A stretch of 64,000 nucleotides of DNA. It comes from Desulfobacterales bacterium. Its GTDB lineage: Bacteria; Desulfobacterota; Desulfobacteria; Desulfobacterales; UBA2174. Below the pieces are notes generated by a model. The model searched no databases and was not told the DNA's origin. It was given only the letters and a program-made list of their open reading frames with translations. The position numbers and the translations under genes are program-made. Positions 28,308 through 37,128 of the stretch are shown here, piece by piece; the stretch's first letter is position 1, and every line of letters starts with the position of its first letter. The stretch is taken from NCBI GenBank assembly GCA_963668645.2, contig CAXXWC010000021.1:928001-992000 (forward strand), written 5' to 3'.

Positions 28308-30257
28308 TCAGCGCGCTGCAAGGGTAATGAACGGTGAAACCGTTTGCGTGCCCATGTAAGGCGTCACGGCCGATACAAACCGGGGCTGACCATCGAAAAA
28401 ATACACGAAGCGAAACACGCTTTGATCGTACAAGAAATAGACGTGAATGCTCATCGCCTCGTTGATATCGCCTTTGTTGGCGGTCAAGTAATGCGACCAA
28501 TCGCCAACCAGAATATCGCCTTGATCGCCCAGGCCGGAACACTGCTCGATGGTATGGCACGGGAGCCCGTTCAGGGTGGCAAGCCGGGTGCCTTGGTAAA
28601 ATTCCGTCTTGTAGAGCCGCGCCATTTCGCCGGCCGTGCCCACGTCGACGGTCAACGTGCTCAACTGCGGCTTGGTTTCGCGGTTGATCGCCCACGCGCA
28701 GTTGCGCCCCTCGCTGCAAAGCCGGGACTCCATCTTCAAGATGTTTTCCGTTACGATGGTATCAGCGGCCTGCCCGGTCTCGGCGGTCTGGGCGATCAGG
28801 CAAGGTGCGTTGAGCACGCCCAGGGCTTCGCCGGCGCCGGTGCCGCGGATGATCAGGTCTTGGGCCTTGAAGGCGAATTCTTCCCCGAAGACCTGGCGCA
28901 TTTCCTGACCCAAGGCGGTGCGGTTGTTCAGCAGCTCATTGCTGACCGGATAACCGCCCATCAACTTTTTGGGCTCGATCTGCAACATCGTGAACTTGGG
29001 CCTGGTCAGCTCCAGCTCGGCAAGCTCGGCCTCGGTGTAAATCTGCACCGAACCGCCGCGGTATCCGTTGGCCCGGCTGGACTCATCGATGCCCACCACC
29101 TTGATGTACTGACTTCCGGGGTTCAAGGTGCGCTCAGAACAAAGCCTCAAGATAACCCCATTGTTGAAGCCGGCGGTCATCAGCTCGACGGCCGATTCGC
29201 CTTCGATGAAAAAACCGCCCTCGCTTCCGATCCCCTGTTGCAGGGTCGGGCTGCCGGCCGCCCGGTTCTGCCGGTCTGCCGTTCGGTCAATCTGTGTCAG
29301 ATACCGCTTTTCGGCCTGTTCCAGGCGTTGGCGGGATTCACTGACAACAGACTGGCTGAAGGCATCCGGGCGGCTGTGTACCCGAATGTCAAGCAACTGT
29401 TGGCCCAGGGCCGCGGCCTGACTGCGGGCACGGTATACCGGTTGGTCCGGGATCTCGAAACGCTGGCCGCCGTCGCTGTAATCGAGCCCCTGGCTGTATC
29501 GCGGGCCTTCGGTCTGGCCGGCCCAGGCTCTCACGGCCATCAAGCCGTCATCGGCGATGCTGACGCCGGCCTCAATCGCCCCCAAGGCTTCATCGACCAG
29601 ACCGACCTGGCGCCAGTATCGGCCGCCGTCGGCTTCGCTGAGGTTTTCAAGGGCCTGCAATCCGTCTCTCAACTGCTGTTTGTAGTTCATCGTGACTCGC
29701 TTTCTCGGCGCCATGCCGGCGCCGTTGTTTTTGGTGGTATTCAGGTTTTGAAGGTGTCGTTTTGCAACACTGGTGTCGGTGTAGGCCGGAAAAACGCAAG
29801 GCGAACAGTCAATCAGTTCCGCAACACGTGTTAGGATCCGGACCTGCTCCCCACCCACTGTTTCCCATCGTTCACCAGTTCGGCCCTCAGGCATGATGAA
29901 CCCGAATGACTGCTGGGTGATCAGGCCGTTTTCTACATCGGCCACCAACTGATCGAATCGCGCCGATGCCTTTTCCGGGGCTGTCAATGTCATGTGAAGG
30001 CCGGTGGCGTCTTCTCTCAGGGTCAGATTGACACCCGTCCGGCCTACAATTTGACTCGGATCATGGTTGATCAGGCATCGAACGTCTGACCGCCGCAGGG
30101 CATCCGAAAAGGCCCCCGGTGCAATCTTTTCCCGAAAGCCGCCCAGATCTTCGGACAGCCGGTTGAATACCGCGGCGTATCCGCTGATCCGGACAGGGCC
30201 GCCGGCCGTTTTCCGGACCTCGAAGCGGGCCGGGAACGCTCTTGTCTCCTTTTTCAT
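28308..30257 (-). CDS. HK97-family prohead protease fused to HK97-fold major capsid protein
   Basis: N-term GYAAVFN..DLGGFREKIAPGAF..NHD..SFGF..FPAY; C-term EGGFFI..PKKL....VSNELL..GTGAGEALG..GDWSHY..FRF....DGQP. Confidence 0.88.
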   Translation of the reverse strand: MKKETRAFPARFEVRKTAGGPVRISGYAAVFNRLSEDLGGFREKIAPGAFSDALRRSDVRCLINHDPSQIVGRTGVNLTLREDATGLHMTLTAPEKASARFDQLVADVENGLITQQSFGFIMPEGRTGERWETVGGEQVRILTRVAELIDCSPCVFPAYTDTSVAKRHLQNLNTTKNNGAGMAPRKRVTMNYKQQLRDGLQALENLSEADGGRYWRQVGLVDEALGAIEAGVSIADDGLMAVRAWAGQTEGPRYSQGLDYSDGGQRFEIPDQPVYRARSQAAALGQQLLDIRVHSRPDAFSQSVVSESRQRLEQAEKRYLTQIDRTADRQNRAAGSPTLQQGIGSEGGFFIEGESAVELMTAGFNNGVILRLCSERTLNPGSQYIKVVGIDESSRANGYRGGSVQIYTEAELAELELTRPKFTMLQIEPKKLMGGYPVSNELLNNRTALGQEMRQVFGEEFAFKAQDLIIRGTGAGEALGVLNAPCLIAQTAETGQAADTIVTENILKMESRLCSEGRNCAWAINRETKPQLSTLTVDVGTAGEMARLYKTEFYQGTRLATLNGLPCHTIEQCSGLGDQGDILVGDWSHYLTANKGDINEAMSIHVYFLYDQSVFRFVYFFDGQPRFVSAVTPYMGTQTVSPFITLAAR

Positions 30258-30269
30258 CGGGGTTTCCCT

Positions 30270-30899
30270 TCAGCGAAGGCGCCGGTCGCCGTGCCCGTCT
30301 GGGTCGGCGCCGGGTTTGGGGTTGCCATCGCCTCGGACGTCTGACCTCGGCTGGGTGAATGGCGTTTTTGGCGTCTGCCGTCCGCCGGGACAACTATGGT
30401 CAGCAGCCTGGTGGCTGCGTTCTGGCATGATCTTGGGCTTCGGTGTCGGCCCCCGCCGGCTGTCTGATGGTGCGGGAACTTTCAACCGTGATCGGTTGCT
30501 CGGATCGAGGCCGAGTAAGGCCCCCAGCTGGCGGGCCTCTTTGAGATATTCGGCCATCAATTTGGCCTCGGGCCGGTACTTGAAAGCCACGGCGCCCGTC
30601 TTCTCGTTGACGACCTCATAGGTCCGTCCGTGCTTTTTCAAAACCTTCTGGCATTCGAGGACCTGCTCCATGCAGAGGCAATAGTTTTGGAGCGTGTCGC
30701 TGTCGGCCTCGGTCAACACGCGCATCCTTCGCAAAACTGGCAAGGTGTCACGCCAAACCTTCTTGCCGGCACGCCCCAAGACCTTCGGCGGTGCCAGATC
30801 GGTGACGACCTGATCAGGTTGGGGCTCCCGGTCGTTGATCGGCCGGCGGCCTGGATTGCCATGTAGGATCTTCAAAGTGGTCGGTTGTGGTGCTGCCAT
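30270..30899 (-). CDS. Phage terminase small subunit, P27 family
   Basis: PTTLKILHGNPGRRPIN, PP..L...KKVW, LTEAD...L.NYC, LGLDPSNRSRL. Confidence 0.88.
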   Translation of the reverse strand: MAAPQPTTLKILHGNPGRRPINDREPQPDQVVTDLAPPKVLGRAGKKVWRDTLPVLRRMRVLTEADSDTLQNYCLCMEQVLECQKVLKKHGRTYEVVNEKTGAVAFKYRPEAKLMAEYLKEARQLGALLGLDPSNRSRLKVPAPSDSRRGPTPKPKIMPERSHQAADHSCPGGRQTPKTPFTQPRSDVRGDGNPKPGADPDGHGDRRLR

Positions 30900-31146
30900 T
30901 TGTCACCTCTGCCTAAAAAAGTCCCATCTGCGACCTCTCGGGAATGCCTGAGAGCCGGTCTGCATGAAACGTCAGCTGTCAGAATATCAATGCCCATACT
31001 ACTGTTATCACTACACTTTTTCTCAACCATCTTTTTTGTCTCACTCAGTCTTTCGTCTTGTGGCTTGCCGCCGCGTCCCGCAGGGCATCGCATCGTCCTG
31101 CAGAACGAAGCCGCCGTGCCGCCCCTGGTGGCCGTGTCGGGCCTCA

Positions 31147-31407
31147 TCATTCGGCCTCATCGTCGCCGCCCTTGTCCGGCGCTTGTAGGCCGGCAAGTAA
31201 TTGGTCGGCCTGTTTGAAAACATCAAGCGTCGCGGACTTGAATTGATGAAGGCCGGTCAGATCCACCCGCGCGCATAAGTCGCTCAAGCACTGACTGACG
31301 AGTTTTAACGTCTTCTGGTATGCCTGATACCGCTTGGCCTTGTCGTCGGCCGGTGACGGATCGGTCAACGCCGGTGCCCACGCCGCGTATGGATCAACCC
31401 GCCCCAT
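31147..31407 (-). CDS. Hypothetical protein
   Basis: ATG 31407 with GGAGG RBS; co-oriented within the satellite operon. Confidence 0.55.
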   Translation of the reverse strand: MGRVDPYAAWAPALTDPSPADDKAKRYQAYQKTLKLVSQCLSDLCARVDLTGLHQFKSATLDVFKQADQLLAGLQAPDKGGDDEAE

Positions 31408-31672
31408 GGCCCGCCTCCCTGGTCCGTGTCTCGATTTGCGGCCGGTATTGAATGACCGGCGCCCCATCATCGCAACCCGGATACCACTTGCCCCGCAGCT
31501 GCCGAATGTACTGCTGCATACCGTCAATGGACGCGGCCGCCGTTTTCAGTTGGCCCGCCATCACGTCCAGATCGGCGCCAACCTCGACCGCCAGCACGTC
31601 GCGATAGATCCGATCTCGCATGTCAAAAAGTCTCTCTTTGACGTGATCTGTAATTTCGTTGTGTCGGTGCAT
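31394..31672 (-). CDS. Hypothetical protein
   Basis: ATG 31672 after GGAGAAAGG; overlaps the next gene. Confidence 0.55.
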   Translation of the reverse strand: MHRHNEITDHVKERLFDMRDRIYRDVLAVEVGADLDVMAGQLKTAAASIDGMQQYIRQLRGKWYPGCDDGAPVIQYRPQIETRTREAGHGAG

Positions 31673-31721
31673 TTTCGGGCCTTTCTCCCCATTGTAGGGG
31701 GTGGTTAACTGGCCGCCATTT

Positions 31722-32090
31722 TCAAAACGGCAACCCATCGTCCACGTCGCTCTTGTAGGCGCTCAGGTCCGGCAGATCATCGTCGCGCCGAGGTGCCGGC
31801 CGTCGCGCTGGCTTCGGTTCCTGGCGATACTGAATGTGGCCCTGGTGCTCCAGATCGGCCACCACAAGGCGTCTGACGTGATCCATTTCCGGCGGTGATA
31901 GAAACATCTGATCGAAGTATTTCGTTTCACCGTCCTGCTCGGTCTTGACCTGAGGAAGGGCGAACCAAACGCCGCCATTGCTCTCAAGCAACCGGCAACC
32001 CTTGATCGTCAGGCCGTGATACCTAAGATCGAAAAAGCCCAGCAGGGCGCCCTTGGCGATGGGTTTGAAATTCAGAGCCGAGGCCGTCAT
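31722..32090 (-). CDS. SpoVG-like nucleic-acid-binding protein with SSB-type acidic tail
   Basis: GFFDL..GLTIKGCRLLESNGGVWFALP...YFD (SpoVG-like); ends DVDDGLPF. Confidence 0.75.
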   Translation of the reverse strand: MTASALNFKPIAKGALLGFFDLRYHGLTIKGCRLLESNGGVWFALPQVKTEQDGETKYFDQMFLSPPEMDHVRRLVVADLEHQGHIQYRQEPKPARRPAPRRDDDLPDLSAYKSDVDDGLPF

Positions 32091-32851
32091 GGCAACCCCC
32101 TTCTGCGCTTTTCGGCCATCACCATATCGGCCAGGTCACTGCTAACCGCGATTCGCTCCTCCCATCGACGGTCAGCAATCCAGTTCGTGATGCTCGTGAT
32201 GAACCTGCCGCCCTCTTTTTGCCATTGCTCGGTTTTCTTCCACCGCTCCAGGGTGGCCAGCAGTTCATCCAGGGGTGGTCGGTCTGCGCATGCATCCCAA
32301 GCCTTTTTTGCATTGATCCGGTCGCGTAGCCGCTTTTTCGGGTAGGCCTGGAAGAATATTTCAAAACCATTACTCCCCCCGCCCGCCTGCTGGTCCTCTG
32401 GGGTGGTAATTGGATTGGTAACTGATATGGTAGACTGAACCTCTTTCAGCACCTTCACGTCGTCAGGTTCAGTGCCTTCGGAAAGAGGTTCAGCACCTTG
32501 TGCGTCAGGTTCAGTGCCTTCAGCCTCAAGGTGCTGAACCTCTTTCAGCACCTTCGACGGGAAAAGAGGATCATATTGATGGTGGCGCCAGCGCTGGCCT
32601 TTCATCTCCCGGGAAACCTTCTCTATCCACCCGTCCTTGGCCGCCAGCTCCAAATGGGTACAAACAGACCTTTCTGATAGGCCGGTAGATTCGACCAGGG
32701 CGCGGGTGCTCGGAAAGCAGCTTCCGCCGTCAGCATCCATGTAGATTGAAAGCGTCAATAGCAGGTGCCTTGTGGTCGGTGACGGTGGCCCGTGTCTGGA
32801 TGCCACCAAACGTTGCCACCGAAACTTCGATAGGATATTTCCGTTTTGCAT
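32087..32851 (-). CDS. Phage-type replication initiator (N-terminal wHTH, replisome-organizer-like C-terminus)
   Basis: CFPSTRALVESTGLSERSVCTHLELAAKDGWI; FEIFFQAYPKK...AKKAW...NWIADRRWEE; internal iterons. Confidence 0.8.
   Translation of the reverse strand: MQNGNILSKFRWQRLVASRHGPPSPTTRHLLLTLSIYMDADGGSCFPSTRALVESTGLSERSVCTHLELAAKDGWIEKVSREMKGQRWRHHQYDPLFPSKVLKEVQHLEAEGTEPDAQGAEPLSEGTEPDDVKVLKEVQSTISVTNPITTPEDQQAGGGSNGFEIFFQAYPKKRLRDRINAKKAWDACADRPPLDELLATLERWKKTEQWQKEGGRFITSITNWIADRRWEERIAVSSDLADMVMAEKRRRGLP
32445..32554. repeat. Iteron array (putative origin) inside the initiator gene
   Basis: TTCAG(CA/TG)CCTT at 32445, 32468, 32489, 32510, 32544 and an inverted copy at 32528. Confidence 0.75.
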
Positions 32852-32974
32852 CGCCGCACCTTCCCGAAAAACAACGCGCGGCGCCCCCGGGTGCGGTCGG
32901 AGACGTTTTTTCAGGTTCGCAACGCCCGCCGCGCGTGCTTTTCAGCTTGCTCCGTTCGGTGATCGTTCGCCCTG

Positions 32975-33502
32975 TCATTGTAAGTATCCCGGTAACCGCT
33001 GCTGCTTTGTGCCATCGTCAAATTCTCCTAATAGAATTATAAGAGCCCGCCACGCATCGTGGATCTCCCCAATGGTGTCATCTGAAACGCCCGAGGGCGG
33101 AAGTTCTCCATGGCTGTAAATATATTCGCAAACCGAGTTGATCTTCTTTGCCACGTTCTTCCAAACAGCATCTTGCTCTACTGCCTTCGGTTTCCTTCCG
33201 GCGCCTTCCCTTGGCCCGCCCCGCATCGTGCCGTCCTTTGCGGGTTCCCGTTTGATTTCGTTTGATTTCGGCTTTTCGGTAGTTGTTTCAGCGGGTTGCT
33301 CGATCCGGTCATTTGACCGGGCGGCAGATCGTCGTGCCCTCGATCTTATCATTTCCGGGTTGACCCTCGTTTCAAACAACCGTTCGATCTCTTGCGCCAC
33401 GTCCCGGCCTATCTTTGACAGGTTCGGGTTGTCCGGGTTGGCTTCAAGTTCCTCTTGGACTCGCTGTTCAATCCAAAGGCCGCATGCTTCGGGAATTGCC
33501 AC
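32975..33502 (-). CDS. Hypothetical protein
   Basis: 175-aa ORF with GGAGGTG RBS; RGGPREGAGRKPK basic motif. Confidence 0.65.
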   Translation of the reverse strand: MAIPEACGLWIEQRVQEELEANPDNPNLSKIGRDVAQEIERLFETRVNPEMIRSRARRSAARSNDRIEQPAETTTEKPKSNEIKREPAKDGTMRGGPREGAGRKPKAVEQDAVWKNVAKKINSVCEYIYSHGELPPSGVSDDTIGEIHDAWRALIILLGEFDDGTKQQRLPGYLQ

Positions 33503-33547
33503 CGCATCACCTCCGAATCGTTTCCGACCTGCTCGCCATCCACCGAA

Positions 33548-33799
33548 TCATCCGACTACTCCAACCCTCGCGCCGGCCTGTTGGCGCGCCTCGATGCTAT
33601 CCACGGTTTCGACCGGCCGGCCCTGAGCAAATCGCCACAAGTCCCGCGGATCGTATCGCACCATTCGGCCGATCTTGAAAAAGCGCGGGCCTCGACCTTG
33701 GGACCGCCAGACCTCCAGCGTCCCGGGGGTCGCCTTGGCTCCGATCTCGGCCAGGTAGTCAGCAGCTTGCTTTGTGTCCAATCGCTTCAAATTTTCCAT
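33548..33799 (-). CDS. Excisionase/AlpA-like helix-turn-helix protein
   Basis: LDTKQAADYL...TLEVWRSQGRGPRFFKIGRMVRY. Confidence 0.85.
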   Translation of the reverse strand: MENLKRLDTKQAADYLAEIGAKATPGTLEVWRSQGRGPRFFKIGRMVRYDPRDLWRFAQGRPVETVDSIEARQQAGARVGVVG

Positions 33800-33905
33800 C
33801 GTTCACGCTCCAGCGCCTTTAGGGTTGTTTAATTCTGGCTGGAGAATGGCACCCGAAAGCCGGGTTGTCTTTCCCGTTAAATCGGCCTTCAAATAGGAAT
33901 CGAGA

Positions 33906-33940
33906 AAACAAAAAGGCCGCCCGGTCATCCCGGACGGCCC
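33906..33940 (-). terminator. Intrinsic terminator after the integrase operon
   Basis: Minus strand GGCCGTCCGG-gatga-CCGGGCGGCC-TTTTTGTTT. Confidence 0.6.
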
Positions 33941-33959
33941 CGACAAGGTGGGAGGGCGG

Positions 33960-34496
33960 TTATTTTTTGTCGTGGTCAGGCTCCCATGTCCAAAAGCCAA
34001 TTATTGTTGCATCCCCAATTTCAGGAAAGTGGCCCGTGATCTTGGTTGGACCGACCACGATCCGACCGCCAACATCCAGAAACCGCGCGGTTTTCCTGTT
34101 CAAAAAATCATAATAACGCCGCCTGATTGAGGATTCGGAAAAATACTTGCCGTCGAAAGATTGATCCTTCACGGCAAAAAAGGCGCTTCGACTGTGCCGC
34201 CCCCCTGTTAGCGTGTAACCCTCTTGGAGTTTTTGGTTGACAGCCTCGTGAATTAGAAAGTCGGTGAAGACCTTCGCAAGCCCTGAATCCTCTTTGCGCT
34301 TACCCCTGCCGCCGGAATCGAGCATCTTTAGTTTTACTGATTCACCATGCGCTCTCCATTGCGTCAGGGCATCCCCGACCCAAGAAAGATAGAAGGCCGC
34401 CGGGTATTCTCGCAAGAACTCCGCAAGCTGCCGTGGATCGCGCCCCGAATCGATCCAAGCCTTTTCACAAGCTGCGCCATCGATACCTGTTTTCAT
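33960..34496 (-). CDS. Hypothetical protein coupled to integrase
   Basis: ATG 34496 overlaps the integrase stop (ATGA); 178 aa. Confidence 0.65.
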   Translation of the reverse strand: MKTGIDGAACEKAWIDSGRDPRQLAEFLREYPAAFYLSWVGDALTQWRAHGESVKLKMLDSGGRGKRKEDSGLAKVFTDFLIHEAVNQKLQEGYTLTGGRHSRSAFFAVKDQSFDGKYFSESSIRRRYYDFLNRKTARFLDVGGRIVVGPTKITGHFPEIGDATIIGFWTWEPDHDKK

Positions 34497-35737
34497 ATCG
34501 CCTCGCTTTCCTGTTGGGTCTCCTCGGCCTTCTTCGTGCCGTTCGTCGCGTGCGCTTGCAGCAGCTCGGCCGCCCGGTTGCCGGCCTTTTGCAAGCTGCC
34601 GGGCAAAAAAGCCGCGTATCGCTTCACCATTTGGTGGCTCTTGTGGGTCAAAAGCTCGCCGATCATGTCCAACGTAAATTCGCCGCTGTTCGCCAAGGTG
34701 ACCGCGTAATGGTGGCGCAACCCATGAAAAATCCGGAACCCGTCGGGCAGGTCCGCCGCCGCCTTGATTCGACGAACCCCGGTGCAATCCATCCGCTTTT
34801 TACCGTCCTTATTCGGAAACACGAAAGGACTCTCGGGCCGCCGCCGCTTGCCGCTCTTTTTCATGATCTCAGCGCACCATGCCGCCTGTTCATCCAGGAC
34901 CTTTTCAACGGCCGGGGTCAACGGCACGGTGACGGTTTTCCCGCCTTTGGGCGCCCGCAACCGGATCAACTTGTTTTCCCGGTCAACGTCCCGCCATTCA
35001 AGCTTGAAGATCTCCCCGCGGCGCAGACCGCTGAACATGGCGACTTTCAACATATGTGCCACGTCACGCCCGAGGGCTGGCCACGAATCCAGGACCGCCA
35101 GCAACCTGGCCGCCTGATCCTCGGTCAAAAATTCGACCACTTCGTTATCACGCCGGGGCATCTTGATTGTGAAGCTCAGGCCGGGGCTCAGCTTGGCGCG
35201 CTTCCCAAAATTGGCGATTCGCCGCACCAGCTCCAGGGCACCCCAAACGGTGGCCGGGGCCTTGCCCGCCATGCGCTTTTCAATGCGCTTTACGTCCAAT
35301 TCAGTCAGGCTGGAAACCGGCCTATCACCCAGGACCGGCTTGACGTGCTTGTCGTACCGGATACGGTCGAACCGGGCCGCTTGCGCTGATCCGCCCCGCT
35401 GATCGAAGTAGGCGTCTGCAATCTCGTCAAGGGGCCTGTTCGCCTCGGCCCTCTTTCGTTTTATCTGCTTGGCTGTCAGCACGGGTTCGCCATGTCGGGC
35501 CGCCAGGGTCCGCTGTTGGCGGATGTCATTAGCAACCTGGGGGGTCATGCCCTCGGACTTTTTGCCGACCTTCTCCCATATCTTTTTGCGGCCGTCCTTA
35601 TAGGTGATGTAAAAAGTGGTGTCGGCCTCCCCCTTTAAGACCTTGCCGTTTTTCTCGACCTCCGGGGCCTTGATCTCGTAAGAATAGACTCCGGGCCATT
35701 TGATCTTGTCCGCCCTTTTCAACCCCTTTTTCGCCAT
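34493..35737 (-). CDS. Tyrosine recombinase/integrase
   Basis: Catalytic set GLRRGEI, PKGGK, HGLRH, THKS, RY; adjacent to the right att. Confidence 0.95.
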   Translation of the reverse strand: MAKKGLKRADKIKWPGVYSYEIKAPEVEKNGKVLKGEADTTFYITYKDGRKKIWEKVGKKSEGMTPQVANDIRQQRTLAARHGEPVLTAKQIKRKRAEANRPLDEIADAYFDQRGGSAQAARFDRIRYDKHVKPVLGDRPVSSLTELDVKRIEKRMAGKAPATVWGALELVRRIANFGKRAKLSPGLSFTIKMPRRDNEVVEFLTEDQAARLLAVLDSWPALGRDVAHMLKVAMFSGLRRGEIFKLEWRDVDRENKLIRLRAPKGGKTVTVPLTPAVEKVLDEQAAWCAEIMKKSGKRRRPESPFVFPNKDGKKRMDCTGVRRIKAAADLPDGFRIFHGLRHHYAVTLANSGEFTLDMIGELLTHKSHQMVKRYAAFLPGSLQKAGNRAAELLQAHATNGTKKAEETQQESEAI

Positions 35738-35954
35738 CGCTCCGCCCTCCCCTCGGCCTGTTGTGTCCTTAACGCTGCGGTCAACGGTCGGCTTTTCGTT
35801 CTACCCACATTATACCCACTTCGTTAAAAAGCGTTAAATTTCGTCCGGTCAACCTAAGCGTTCGATAGCTCGCCAAATCGAGAAATGCAAGGGAAATTTA
35901 AATTTTTATGGGATTGATTAAATAGGGTAGAACAATCAATAGTGCGGGTCTCGA

Positions 35955-36024
35955 AGCGTTCGCAACGCTGAAGTCGAGGGTTCGAATCCCTTCATCTCCA
36001 CCAGATAATTCAAGGGGTTACGGC
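35955..36024 (+). repeat. att site (right), duplicated 3' part of tRNA-Ala
   Basis: Identical to 26179-26248; followed by a second terminator variant. Confidence 0.95.
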
Positions 36025-36231
36025 ACTACCAGCCGTAATCCCTTTTCATTTTGGACCGGATCTCTAAATATGGGCACCTTTCCCCAAAAGCGCCTTTCCA
36101 GTAGTGATGGAATACGATTTCTTACAAACGCATCAATCTTGGCATTGACAAATTACCGCCATCTAAGTAGAAAATATAGTTCACATAACTTCTGAGAGGA
36201 ATCACCTCTTCAAACAGCCACATTTACTTTT

Positions 36232-36340
36232 ATGGCGGCAATTTTCACCACAGATTCACCTGATCTTTTAGCCCGGATCGTCCTCTTTCACCGTCGACAA
36301 GCCGGGTTAAGCCGAAACCAGCTGGCCGAGATTGCCGGTC
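36232..36340 (+). pseudogene. Truncated HipB/XRE-like HTH regulator
   Basis: LARIVLFHRRQAGLSRNQLAEIAG ends abruptly at IS66-derived sequence. Confidence 0.55.
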
Positions 36341-36817
36341 GCCAGGTAAATGCGGGTATGCGATGGCAGGAACATCACAGCCGCTCCAGAACGTGCAATA
36401 ACTGCCGCAGGGCCACTGGATCAAAGTCACGCTCCACCTCGACACAATGGCTGGAGGAAACCACAAGCCGCAGCGGTCGGTGACCCCGCAGTGGTGATTG
36501 CCCCGGTCGCCACCGCGGGCAACTGAACCTTGACCAGGGAGATCGCAGTCGCGTCCGCACACCGGTACTTTTCTCTCCAGTAGATAAAACAGTGCAGCTT
36601 GAGTGAGTACTGCCGGCAATATGTGCTCTGATTCAGCCCGCTTCGTTTCCATCGCTCAACGTGTTGTCGCCAAAGCCGCCGCTTGACCTCCAGAGTCTCT
36701 GCCCGTTGCTTCCGTGTCACAATGATGCCTCCTTGGCTGAAATGGTCTACCGCCTCTGGAGTCCATCTGTGACAAATTTTCAAGCCTTTGAGAAGATGCG
36801 GTTGCCCTGACGCTTAC
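36335..36817 (-). mobile_element. IS66-family remnant (left end, frameshifted tnpA, 5' fragment of tnpB)
   Basis: End GTAAGCGTCAGGGCAACCGCATCTT at 36817; WRQHVERWKRSGLNQSTYCR (tnpA) with C-terminus in another frame; tnpB start MFLPSHTRIYLATG truncated. Confidence 0.75.
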
Positions 36818-37128
36818 CGTAAGCAGGCCTTGGCCACCATGAAAAATGCCCTGAATGATCATCCAAAAGGTGTGGAAAGTACGGTAAAAAGCGGAAACTT
36901 GACCGGTCGACTTGGATCGATTATTTCGGTGTGCAAAGGCTGGGCTTAAATGCCAAAATCATCGCATCTGTCTTCGACCAGATCAAAAATGCCTTACCCC
37001 GATGGAAAACACTCATCGAAACGAGTTTTCTTTCTGCCAATTTGAAAACTGCTTACACCGCTTTGGTTCAAAACCGGTGGGAGAGATTGAACGAATGAAA
37101 ACCCACGCTTCCGAGGAGGTCCTGGCCG

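Larger units (their letters stand above)
26179..36024. mobile_element. Integrated phage-satellite-like element (PICI-like), ~9.8 kb
   Basis: Flanking 70-bp att repeats at tRNA-Ala; integrase, HTH, initiator, TerS, protease-capsid; no TerL, portal, tail or lysis genes. Confidence 0.88.

Noticed and set aside
32436..32555. Spaced short repeats considered as a CRISPR array
   Set aside because: Repeats are 11 bp with ~10-bp gaps, lie inside a coding gene and have no cas genes nearby; iterons fit better
35955..36003. Second tRNA-Ala gene
   Set aside because: Lacks the 5' acceptor strand and D-arm; it is the att duplication
26179..36024. Complete prophage or encapsulin locus
   Set aside because: No TerL, portal, tail or lysis genes for a phage; the integrase, TerS and prohead protease context argues against an encapsulin
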